This document shows, piece after piece, positions 50,273-57,500 of a DNA stretch of 57,932 nt. The translations under genes and the position numbers were made by a program. Where the stretch lies: positions 1-57,932 of the forward strand of contig DDKM01000049.1 of assembly GCA_002339345.1 (NCBI GenBank), read 5' to 3'. This stretch comes from Firmicutes bacterium UBA2598. GTDB taxonomy: Bacteria; Bacillota; PH28-bin88. The notes under the pieces are model-generated. The model saw only the letters and a list, made by a program, of their open reading frames with translations, was not told the origin of the DNA and ran no database searches. The stretch's first letter is position 1; each line of letters begins with the position of its first letter.

Positions 50273-50329
50273 ATTCTATCGGATTTATTGAATTTATTAT
50301 AGCCTAACAAATGCCGCCAACCCTGTCAA
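50273..50329 (-). promoter_or_regulatory. Promoter and palindromic operator of the sulfur-carrier operon (Rrf2/CymR-like)
   Basis: TTGACA-17 nt-TAGGCT (with extended TG); downstream ATTCAAT-N7-ATAGAAT inverted repeat at 50273-50293. Confidence 0.55.
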
Positions 50330-50418
50330 GAATTTTTGCGACTTTTATTCCGTAAAAAACCACTGGCCCCGCCACCATAGCAGGGCCGTTTCCGGTAGTC
50401 TTCCCAGGGACACCTTGG

Positions 50419-50964
50419 CTACATCCCCCTGGCCAGATAAAGAATGCGGCTGGCAGCCTCCAGGGTGGATGTCCACATCAACGCCTCCTCCAGGGTCTGA
50501 CCGATGGCAAAACTGCCATGACCTTTGAGCATCACCACCGGGCTTCCCAGTAGATGGGGAGGCAGTATTTGGGCCACCTCGGGGGACCCAACGGTTTGGT
50601 GAGCAGCCACCACCGGGATGGGGCCTAAAAGATAGGCCCCTTCGGAATCAACAGGTACAATGGGTCCCCCCTGTAAGGACAGCACCACCGCATAGGAGGG
50701 ATGGGCGTGCACCACCGCTCCGGCCCCGGTTTGCCTGTATATGGCCTGGTGGACAATCAATTCCCGCGAAGCCAGGGCTGCATTATGGTCCTCCCCATCC
50801 AGGGCGGTTTCCACCACATCCCCTTCCTTAAGGCGACCCAGCATCGCTCCCCGGCGGGTGATGAGAATCCGGTCACCAATGCGCATGCTTAGATTCCCGC
50901 CATGGGATGTAATTAGACCCGCCAGAAATAAATCCCGGCCGGTTTCCTGAAATGCTTCCAGCAT
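50419..50964 (-). CDS. Class II aldolase/adducin family protein (start uncertain, 50964-50982)
   Basis: GGNLS.R, ASRE..VH, VVHAH, L.GHG. Confidence 0.9.
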   Translation of the reverse strand: MLEAFQETGRDLFLAGLITSHGGNLSMRIGDRILITRRGAMLGRLKEGDVVETALDGEDHNAALASRELIVHQAIYRQTGAGAVVHAHPSYAVVLSLQGGPIVPVDSEGAYLLGPIPVVAAHQTVGSPEVAQILPPHLLGSPVVMLKGHGSFAIGQTLEEALMWTSTLEAASRILYLARGM

Positions 50965-51056
50965 ACCTGTCATCACCACCATTGATCCGTATCCGGGCGC
51001 ACAGTGGAAACAGGGGAAGCTGTGTAAAAACAGCTTCCCCTCCCATCCCCGGATGA

Positions 51057-51164
51057 TTAGGCTTTTTTTTCGAAGGAATCCTTGGCCTCACACTGGGGGC
51101 ACTTTTTGGGCTTGCACCTGGTTTCCTTTTCGAAACCACACTGGGTGCACTTGAACACCGCCAT
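51057..51164 (-). CDS. RCKP-type rubredoxin-like miniprotein, 35 aa (not in ORF track)
   Basis: MAVFKCTQCGFEKETRCKPKKCPQCEAKDSFEKKA; SD AAGGAGG. Confidence 0.85.
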   Translation of the reverse strand: MAVFKCTQCGFEKETRCKPKKCPQCEAKDSFEKKA

Positions 51165-51184
51165 GGGCAACCCTCCTTACACCA

Positions 51185-51826
51185 CTATTTTCCCTTGTAT
51201 TCGCTAATCCACTGGCGAAGGTTGTTGGCCATATCCTTGGGTGGGTCAAGGGCCAGGGCTGCTTCCCACTGGGCAACGGCCGCCTGATATTCCGTTTCTG
51301 CGGTAACCAAGAAGATGCCGTAATTATAACGGGCGTTCAAGTGGTTGGGGTTTGCGGCGATGGCCTTTTCAAAATTGTCCCGGGCGATTTCCTTCAATCC
51401 CGCATAAAAGGCTGCGGTGGCCATGTCCACCCGGGCATCCACATTGTCTGGCTGCTTTTCCAGTACCTTTTCATAGCTCTTCACGGCATCGCTAAAATAG
51501 GCCACGGCACCGGGACTGTTGCCGGCGTTAATGTTCTGGACCCCCACGTCATACTGGGCATTGGCCAGCTCCAGCCACATGGCAATATTATCGGGGTTAG
51601 CCTTCAGTGCCTGTGAGTAATCCCGAATCATGGTTTGCAGTTCCTGGTACCGTTTAAAACCCTCCAAGGTTCCAGGGGCAAGCCCGTTACTGCCGTCCTG
51701 GCCAGCTGGCACTGCCCACATGGCATAGGAACCAATAAGGCTGATACCTACCACAATGGTAAAGATCATCCACGGAAGGCGCTTCTCCCTACTGCGACGC
51801 ATGCTACGCATGATGGACATATTCAT
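51185..51826 (-). CDS. Membrane-anchored TPR protein
   Basis: N-terminal TM; TPR repeats (NPDN...W..LA, QPDN..AR..MA, NPNH..ARYNYG). Confidence 0.85.
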   Translation of the reverse strand: MNMSIMRSMRRSREKRLPWMIFTIVVGISLIGSYAMWAVPAGQDGSNGLAPGTLEGFKRYQELQTMIRDYSQALKANPDNIAMWLELANAQYDVGVQNINAGNSPGAVAYFSDAVKSYEKVLEKQPDNVDARVDMATAAFYAGLKEIARDNFEKAIAANPNHLNARYNYGIFLVTAETEYQAAVAQWEAALALDPPKDMANNLRQWISEYKGK

Positions 51827-51857
51827 TGCTCCCTTCCCTGTTTACCTTGCGACAAAT

Positions 51858-51886
51858 ATCATATTACACCCCGGGGGGCTTGTCAA
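51858..51886 (-). promoter_or_regulatory. SigA-type promoter for TPR-rubredoxin-aldolase genes
   Basis: TTGACA-17 nt-TATGAT. Confidence 0.65.
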
Positions 51887-51902
51887 TTCGTAAAAACCAC
51901 GC

Positions 51903-53222
51903 CTATCCCAGGAAATGGCGGCGCAGCACCTGTTCCAGGTTATTGATGGTATTGCATTCCACCATGGCCACCTGCTGGCGGAATAAGCGGATGGCCCTGT
52001 ATCGGTCCCATTCCTTGCGCGGCAGGGTATTCAGCCAGATCACCTTTTTTACCATCCGCCGCAACTGTTCCAGTTCCACCAGGGCCTGTTCAGGAGCGAC
52101 GGTTTTACCGTCACTGACTACCAGTACAACAGCCTTGTCGTTGAGCATCTTGCCATACCGTTCCCGTAAACAGGCCAGGGCTCGGCCCATGTTGGTGCCC
52201 TCACCCCAAACCCTGCTGTTTGTGACAACGTCACCCGCCACTTCGGAAAACTGCTTCCCGGGCCGAAAGTAGGCGGTTACCCTTTCCAGTTCCTCCCCAA
52301 ACACAAAGGATTCAATCTGCCGGATACCCCTGGCCAAGCCGTAGGTAAACTGCAGCACAAAATTGGTATACTTGGACATGGAGCCGGACACGTCGCAAAA
52401 AAGAATCAACCTGGGCTTGATCCGGCGTCTGGCCTTGTATTTCAGGTAAAATAGGGTACCCCCCTTGGTAATGTTTTGGCGAATGGTGCGCCGCAAATCC
52501 ACCCTGGCCATCCTTGGACTGTGACGGTAACGCCGGGACATGCGCGTAGCCAGGCGCCGAGCCAGTTTGCGGATGATCCGGGCCACCCGGGGAAGATCAC
52601 GCTCATTGATATTTTTCATATCGGTATAAAGAATTTTTAATTCATCCCTAATTCCACCATCGGTACCGGACATTCCTCCTTCGCCTTCCCCATCCGGTTC
52701 CCTGCCGTTGTTTTCCAGCTTACGCCGCCAGTATTCCAGGTGGCCTCTGACCAAGCTTTCCACCATGGGCATGAAGCCGGCATCCACATTTTTGCCTTCA
52801 GAGGTTTTTTGCAGGAATTCTCTAATGCGCTGGCGCTGGTGTTCCTGCAATCCGGCATAGAATTCTTTTTCCTGTGCAGACAGTCCCAAGGTTTCCCCCT
52901 GAAAGGTCAATTCCTCCTCCGCCTGCTGTATCATCTGTGCACGGGCAGCCTCCGCCTCCGCTGCCTTGACCTCCCTGGCCAGATGTTCCTCGGGAGTAGC
53001 GAAATGGACGGCAAAAGCATTTTGGAAGGCTTGTAGGGCATTCATGTCTTTGATCAGGGTGGCTTTCAGGGCAGCCCGGAAAGCCTCCTTCTGTAAAACA
53101 GGCACCTGCTGCAGGGCACTCAAGGCATCCAGCACCTCCGCAGTGCTGATGCGCACACCCCGGTGCCGCAAGTCATGGACAAAGCGGGTCAGGGTATCCT
53201 CCACCGTATGCTCCAACGGCAT
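51903..53222 (-). CDS. CoxE-like VWA domain protein
   Basis: F...LR..G..IS..E..DA N-terminus, D.RRT.R, MIDAS DVSGSM, GTNMG, VSDG, IWLN. Confidence 0.9.
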   Translation of the reverse strand: MPLEHTVEDTLTRFVHDLRHRGVRISTAEVLDALSALQQVPVLQKEAFRAALKATLIKDMNALQAFQNAFAVHFATPEEHLAREVKAAEAEAARAQMIQQAEEELTFQGETLGLSAQEKEFYAGLQEHQRQRIREFLQKTSEGKNVDAGFMPMVESLVRGHLEYWRRKLENNGREPDGEGEGGMSGTDGGIRDELKILYTDMKNINERDLPRVARIIRKLARRLATRMSRRYRHSPRMARVDLRRTIRQNITKGGTLFYLKYKARRRIKPRLILFCDVSGSMSKYTNFVLQFTYGLARGIRQIESFVFGEELERVTAYFRPGKQFSEVAGDVVTNSRVWGEGTNMGRALACLRERYGKMLNDKAVVLVVSDGKTVAPEQALVELEQLRRMVKKVIWLNTLPRKEWDRYRAIRLFRQQVAMVECNTINNLEQVLRRHFLG

Positions 53223-53230
53223 AGCATCAC

Positions 53231-54121
53231 CTACCCTTCCACTTGGCGTACCGCCTGAAATAAACCTTCCGCACCGACCTCTCTAGCCAGGGTATCCAGG
53301 TCTTCCTTATCCTTGAGAACCAGGTTGATGGTTTTTTGGATAAGGTCTGGACTCATCCGGTCCGCATTCAAAACCGCCAACGCCCTCGCCCAGTCCAATG
53401 TTTCAGCGATGGCAGGCTGCTTGTTCAGATCCAAGTTGGCTCTGATAAAGGCGACTGCTGCAGCAATTTGCCGAGCCAGCCGCTCACCCGCTTCCGGTAC
53501 CCTGGTGCGGATGATGCGCACCTCCTTCTCCCGGGAGGGGTAGTCAATATGCAGGAAGATACATCGCCGCTTCAATCCATCGGATAGCTCACGTTCACCG
53601 TTGCTGGTGAGTACCACCACCGGTATCTGGCGGGCCACCAAGGTACCCAATTCAGGAATGGAGACCTGGAAATCCGACAGCACCTCAAACAGGAATGCCT
53701 CAAATTCCTCGTCGGTTTTATCGATCTCATCGATCAGCAGTACCGGCGGCCTTTCCGCCTGAATAGCTTTTAAAAGTGGTCTTTCCAGCAGGTATTCCCG
53801 CGAGAAAATATCCCGCTCCAACTGGCTGACATCCACATCCCTGGCCATCTGGATTTTCAGCAACTGCCGCTGGTAGTTCCATTCATACAGGGCTTTGTTC
53901 TCATCCAGCCCCTCGTAGCACTGCAGCCGGATCAGTTCGGTATCCAGCACCTTGCTGAGCACCTTGGCAATCTCCGTTTTCCCTACTCCCGGCGCACCGC
54001 TGACCAGCAAGGGTTTTTGCAGGCGAAGAGCAAGATAAACGGTGACCACGATTTCATCATCACAAATATAGCCATGGGCTTCCATTCCCTGTCTCAGTTC
54101 CTCCATCCCGATTAGCAACAC
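53231..54121 (-). CDS. MoxR family AAA+ ATPase (CoxD-like)
   Basis: Walker A GAPGVGKT, LQCYEG, Walker B LLIDEIDK, LKRRC, E..DW. Confidence 0.92.
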   Translation of the reverse strand: MLLIGMEELRQGMEAHGYICDDEIVVTVYLALRLQKPLLVSGAPGVGKTEIAKVLSKVLDTELIRLQCYEGLDENKALYEWNYQRQLLKIQMARDVDVSQLERDIFSREYLLERPLLKAIQAERPPVLLIDEIDKTDEEFEAFLFEVLSDFQVSIPELGTLVARQIPVVVLTSNGERELSDGLKRRCIFLHIDYPSREKEVRIIRTRVPEAGERLARQIAAAVAFIRANLDLNKQPAIAETLDWARALAVLNADRMSPDLIQKTINLVLKDKEDLDTLAREVGAEGLFQAVRQVEG

Positions 54122-54288
54122 CCATTCCCCCTTTTATAACCAACCGGTATATGTTTAAAGCCTGGTACAATTTTAGCACAACCGGCCACAGCATACTGTG
54201 CCCACCATCACACCGGCAGGATATGCGGCCTCGTGCTGGCCACCGCCGAAACAAACTCAAGACATTATAGCATGGTGGTTAGACAATG

Positions 54289-54314
54289 AAAAAGAGGGGG
54301 TGTTCCCCCCTCTT
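54289..54314 (-). terminator. Terminator after the 39-aa ORF
   Basis: AAGAGGGGG/CCCCCTCTT stem plus T-run. Confidence 0.7.
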
Positions 54315-54331
54315 CAGGTAACGTCCCTCAA

Positions 54332-54451
54332 TTATGCCGGTCCTTCAACCTTTACTCCGAGCCACAGCAGGTGAGCGAGCCATCTACCGGCCTGCTCCTC
54401 CTGGCCATTGACTTCCTTGGGATCATAAACCTCCCGGATTGGCTCTTGCAT
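54332..54451 (-). CDS. Putative 39-aa protein (not in ORF track)
   Basis: MQEPIREVYDPKEVNGQEEQAGRWLAHLLWLGVKVEGPA; SD GGGGGTGA, AT-rich upstream region, downstream terminator. Confidence 0.5.
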   Translation of the reverse strand: MQEPIREVYDPKEVNGQEEQAGRWLAHLLWLGVKVEGPA

Positions 54452-54581
54452 AACTTCACCCCCGCTTGCAGTAATCCATATAAACTATTTGTTATAAAAT
54501 ATATTATCATTGCGAGAAGGAGATCGATTTTATTTTCGGCAAACGGTAGAAAAACGAGGTTGAACTGTTCAAAATATGAAA

Positions 54582-55265
54582 CTAAACCCAACGCCGCAGC
54601 CTTTCCGGGTTTCGCACCGTGATCCGCTGGCGGCTGACATCGATTTCACCAGCCCTTTTCCATTCACTTAAGATACGTGCCACGGTTTCCCTGGAAGCTC
54701 CTACCAGATTGGCCAGTTCCTGCTGGCTGAGGGGAATATCAATCAGGTAACCGCGTTCTGTGTCCTTGCCATGCTCTTTGGTCAAGTGCCAAAGGGTTTC
54801 ACCCAAGCGGGCATAGACATCCATGTAGGCCAGATCCCGTACATGCAACTGGGCCTGGCGCAACCGTTTGCTCATCACCCGCAAGATTTTTAATGTGATG
54901 TCCGGATTGCGACGTAGCAGGACTTCCATGTCATGATGGCGGATCAATCCAACCTCGGCATCCTCCATGGCCTGGGCTGTGGCAGGATACGGTCCGCCGT
55001 CAAAAAGGAGCACTTCCGCGAAGATGTCGCCTGGCTGCATGAAATGCAGAGTCTTTTCCCGGCCGTCATCCAGCAGTTTGAACAACTTAACCTTGCCGGA
55101 GATGACAATGTACAACCCCTCCCCAGGCTCCCCTTCCATAAAGATAATCATTTGCTTTTTATACCGGCGAGTGATCATCATATCCCCAACTGCCTGTAGT
55201 TCCTCTTCGCCCAAGCCGGTAAAAAAGGGTAACCGGCGCAAACAGGATGTAATCTCCGGTCGCAT
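54582..55265 (-). CDS. Crp/Fnr family transcriptional regulator
   Basis: cNMP-binding domain (IFMEGE, G.VK, GDIFAE), HTH LSQQELANLVGASRETVAR. Confidence 0.93.
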   Translation of the reverse strand: MRPEITSCLRRLPFFTGLGEEELQAVGDMMITRRYKKQMIIFMEGEPGEGLYIVISGKVKLFKLLDDGREKTLHFMQPGDIFAEVLLFDGGPYPATAQAMEDAEVGLIRHHDMEVLLRRNPDITLKILRVMSKRLRQAQLHVRDLAYMDVYARLGETLWHLTKEHGKDTERGYLIDIPLSQQELANLVGASRETVARILSEWKRAGEIDVSRQRITVRNPERLRRWV

Positions 55266-55303
55266 GAACCATCTCCTCCTCGGCACCAATTTCCCGCAAA
55301 ACA

Positions 55304-56005
55304 CTAAAGGACTGGCAAGGTATCCAGCAGTTCCACACCAGACAAGGTCACACGGCAGCGATAGGCCAGCACCTCCAGGCCGGCAGCGACCCCATACCTG
55401 AGGGCTTGACCGAATGCCGGATCGGTGCAATCATTCGGCATCATGGCCTCAGCATCCTCCCGCTGTACCACAAAGATTACCATTCCCCTATGGCCGGACC
55501 GGACCCACCGGGTTAATTCCTGCAGGTGGCGGACACCGCGGACAGTAGGGGCATCGGGAAACCGGGCCAAGCCATCCTCCACCAGGGTAACGGACTTTAC
55601 CTCCACAAGTACCAGGGGAAACCCGCCGTTACCAAGGGCGAAATCAAACCGGGAACTGCCCCAGATATATTCCCTCTTGATGAGGGAAAGGTCCGCCCCC
55701 GGTAAATTCCCTTTGACAAAGGCATCCGCCATGAGCTGGTTGGGTAACCGGGCATCCACCGATACCAGTATCCCCGGCTGGGCCTCGGCTACCAGCAGGT
55801 CCCAGTCCAACCTGCGACCCCTGGACCCCCGGTGAGACACCCAAACCCTGTTGCCCGGGTATAACAGTTCCCCCATGCGTCCGGAACTGGGCACATGGGC
55901 CATGACTTCCCCCTTTGTACAGCGCACCAGACCCACAAAACGGTTAACCCGCCGTAGGAATACCCCCTCCGCCAGAAGGGGAAAGTTTACCCTTACCAAC
56001 CCCAT
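55304..56005 (-). CDS. sfsA: DNA/RNA nuclease SfsA family
   Basis: R.NRF, HV.SSGRM, SRFDF, EVKSVTL, FPDAPT.RG.RHL. Confidence 0.92.
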   Translation of the reverse strand: MGLVRVNFPLLAEGVFLRRVNRFVGLVRCTKGEVMAHVPSSGRMGELLYPGNRVWVSHRGSRGRRLDWDLLVAEAQPGILVSVDARLPNQLMADAFVKGNLPGADLSLIKREYIWGSSRFDFALGNGGFPLVLVEVKSVTLVEDGLARFPDAPTVRGVRHLQELTRWVRSGHRGMVIFVVQREDAEAMMPNDCTDPAFGQALRYGVAAGLEVLAYRCRVTLSGVELLDTLPVL

Positions 56006-56017
56006 TCCTCCCCCAAC

Positions 56018-56040
56018 AAAAAGGGCGATGTTTATCGCCC
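56018..56040 (-). terminator. Terminator downstream of the small Zn-ribbon gene
   Basis: GGGCGAT-AAAC-ATCGCCC-TTTTT. Confidence 0.7.
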
Positions 56041-56112
56041 CCTCTTTCACCCGGAAGTATCCTACCTGCTCCTGCCTACTCCCCATCCGATAAAACCGCT
56101 GCCAACTGGTAG

Positions 56113-56265
56113 TTACCAGTACCCCCACTGGGACCGCTGGTATTTCATATAACACTCTTTGCACAAAGACCTAGTAGAAAACAACTCCTGTACCGGGTGC
56201 AGTTTATCCCGCCGGGCTGTCTTACCACACCTATGGCAACTGGCAATCTCTGTTACCTTGGTCAT
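56113..56265 (-). CDS. Small 50-aa C4 zinc-ribbon protein (not in ORF track)
   Basis: MTKVTEIASCHRCGKTARRDKLHPVQELFSTRSLCKECYMKYQRSQWGYW; two CxxC; GGAGG before ATG. Confidence 0.7.
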   Translation of the reverse strand: MTKVTEIASCHRCGKTARRDKLHPVQELFSTRSLCKECYMKYQRSQWGYW

Positions 56266-56295
56266 ACCCTCCACCCTTAACCCAGTTTTTGACTA

Positions 56296-56325
56296 TATTT
56301 TTCCCTTAAAGGCCATAGGTTATGC
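56296..56325 (-). promoter_or_regulatory. SigF/SigG-type promoter upstream of the small Zn-ribbon gene
   Basis: GCATA-15 nt-GGGAAAAATA, same layout as the sigG promoter in this window. Confidence 0.55.
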
Positions 56326-56390
56326 CCCGGCGTGCAAATAGTCAATGGGTCGATCCGTACAGCAAATTAAAAACTGCCGGGTTGTACCGG

Positions 56391-56786
56391 CTAGGATTTA
56401 TCCAGACATGTGCAACACTGGCCGTAAAACTCCATCCTGTGGTGGGTCACCCGCAACCCGGTGGCTTCCTGCAGATTTTGTTCCAGTTCCACCATTACTG
56501 GCAAATCCAGGTCCATGACGGCACCACAGCTTGTGCAAACAAAGTGGTAATGATTTTGGGGATTACCGTCAAACCGGCTGAAACTGCTTCCATAGTTCAA
56601 TTCCAGGATCTCTCCGGCTTGACACAATGTGTTCAGGTTGCGGTAAACGGTACCCAGGCTGATTTCCGGCAGCACTTTACGGGCCTCGGCGTAAACCCAA
56701 TCGGCCGTAGGATGACTTTTGGTGTTTTTCAGGATCTCCAGGATTACCTTTTTTTGTCGTGTCATTCGCTGGTTAGCAACGGCCAT
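56391..56786 (-). CDS. Fur family transcriptional repressor (PerR-like)
   Basis: RMTRQK, HPTA, ISLGTVYRNL, HYHFVC..C, C..C. Confidence 0.92.
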   Translation of the reverse strand: MAVANQRMTRQKKVILEILKNTKSHPTADWVYAEARKVLPEISLGTVYRNLNTLCQAGEILELNYGSSFSRFDGNPQNHYHFVCTSCGAVMDLDLPVMVELEQNLQEATGLRVTHHRMEFYGQCCTCLDKS

Positions 56787-56869
56787 CGGTCAGACCCCTA
56801 TCTGTTAATAGTACCAGTATCTGTTACCAGTTTAATATTTTCCCTTAGATCCTGTCAATACTGTTGCCA

Positions 56870-57232
56870 TCAGTTAACCAGGCTCCTCCGCCCACCAAAA
56901 TCAAACCACGCCGGTGTAGCATCGGATACAATTTTCTGGATGTCACCCATCAGGCGGGCCAAGCGGTACTCGGCATTGAGGAACTGGCTGATTACCGGGT
57001 TCAGACTGAGAACTTCATAGAGTTTCTCCATTTGCTGGATCTTTCGTTCATCGATCTCCTGCCCGGTCATCTGCGCAACCTGCAGCTCCCACTGTTGTTG
57101 CCGGAAATCCTCCAGCATCTTCCTGTTTTGCTCTTCCTTTTCCAGCATCGTCTTTGCCTCTACATATTGCCGGTACTCCTCGGAATTGGAAAGGGCCCGG
57201 GCCAGCTGGTGGGCATAATCGTGGATTACCAA
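56870..57232 (-). CDS. YlbF/YheA family regulator
   Basis: D.A..LA..L..SEEY, NP.I..FL.AE.RL. Confidence 0.85.
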   Translation of the reverse strand: MVIHDYAHQLARALSNSEEYRQYVEAKTMLEKEEQNRKMLEDFRQQQWELQVAQMTGQEIDERKIQQMEKLYEVLSLNPVISQFLNAEYRLARLMGDIQKIVSDATPAWFDFGGRRSLVN

Positions 57233-57304
57233 GGCATCTCACCTCCCCGCTCCATTCATGTATTTCTACCCTGGTAAGGGAAATCCTGCTGGTCGGATGG
57301 CAGT

Positions 57305-57500
57305 GTGAACCTCCTCCGGGACAAGCCCGGCGGCTTCTGGTGAAGTCCACCGGGGATGCCCGAACAGTTCTCAGCACCTCATCGGAAGATGCCTGCCTGA
57401 AGACAGGGCTTACTCCCCCTCCTTGCGCTACAGGCGCCAGCAAAGCGCCTGGCCCGGTCCATGGGCATCTACTACTCACCGTAGATACGTTCTTAAGCGA
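57305..57500 (-). ncRNA. Putative omegaRNA scaffold of the second TnpB
   Basis: Hairpins CCAGGCGC/GCGCCTG, GCATCT/AGGTGC, CCGGG/CCCGG between tnpB stop and TTCAC end. Confidence 0.6.

Noticed and set aside
54125-54265. GC-rich leader before the MoxR gene as a riboswitch (fluoride-like GATGG)
   Set aside because: The downstream conserved elements and an expression platform are not recognisable.
54494-54512. Fur-box-like AATGATAAT upstream of the 39-aa ORF
   Set aside because: Only one half-site matches, in an AT-rich region; insufficient.
8940-56164. Long N-terminal extensions in the ORF track for pduL, ileS, sepF, ftsA, murD, murF, PHP, M20, Crp/Fnr and sfsA
   Set aside because: They overlap upstream genes or regulatory leaders; downstream starts with SD sequences match the family N-termini.
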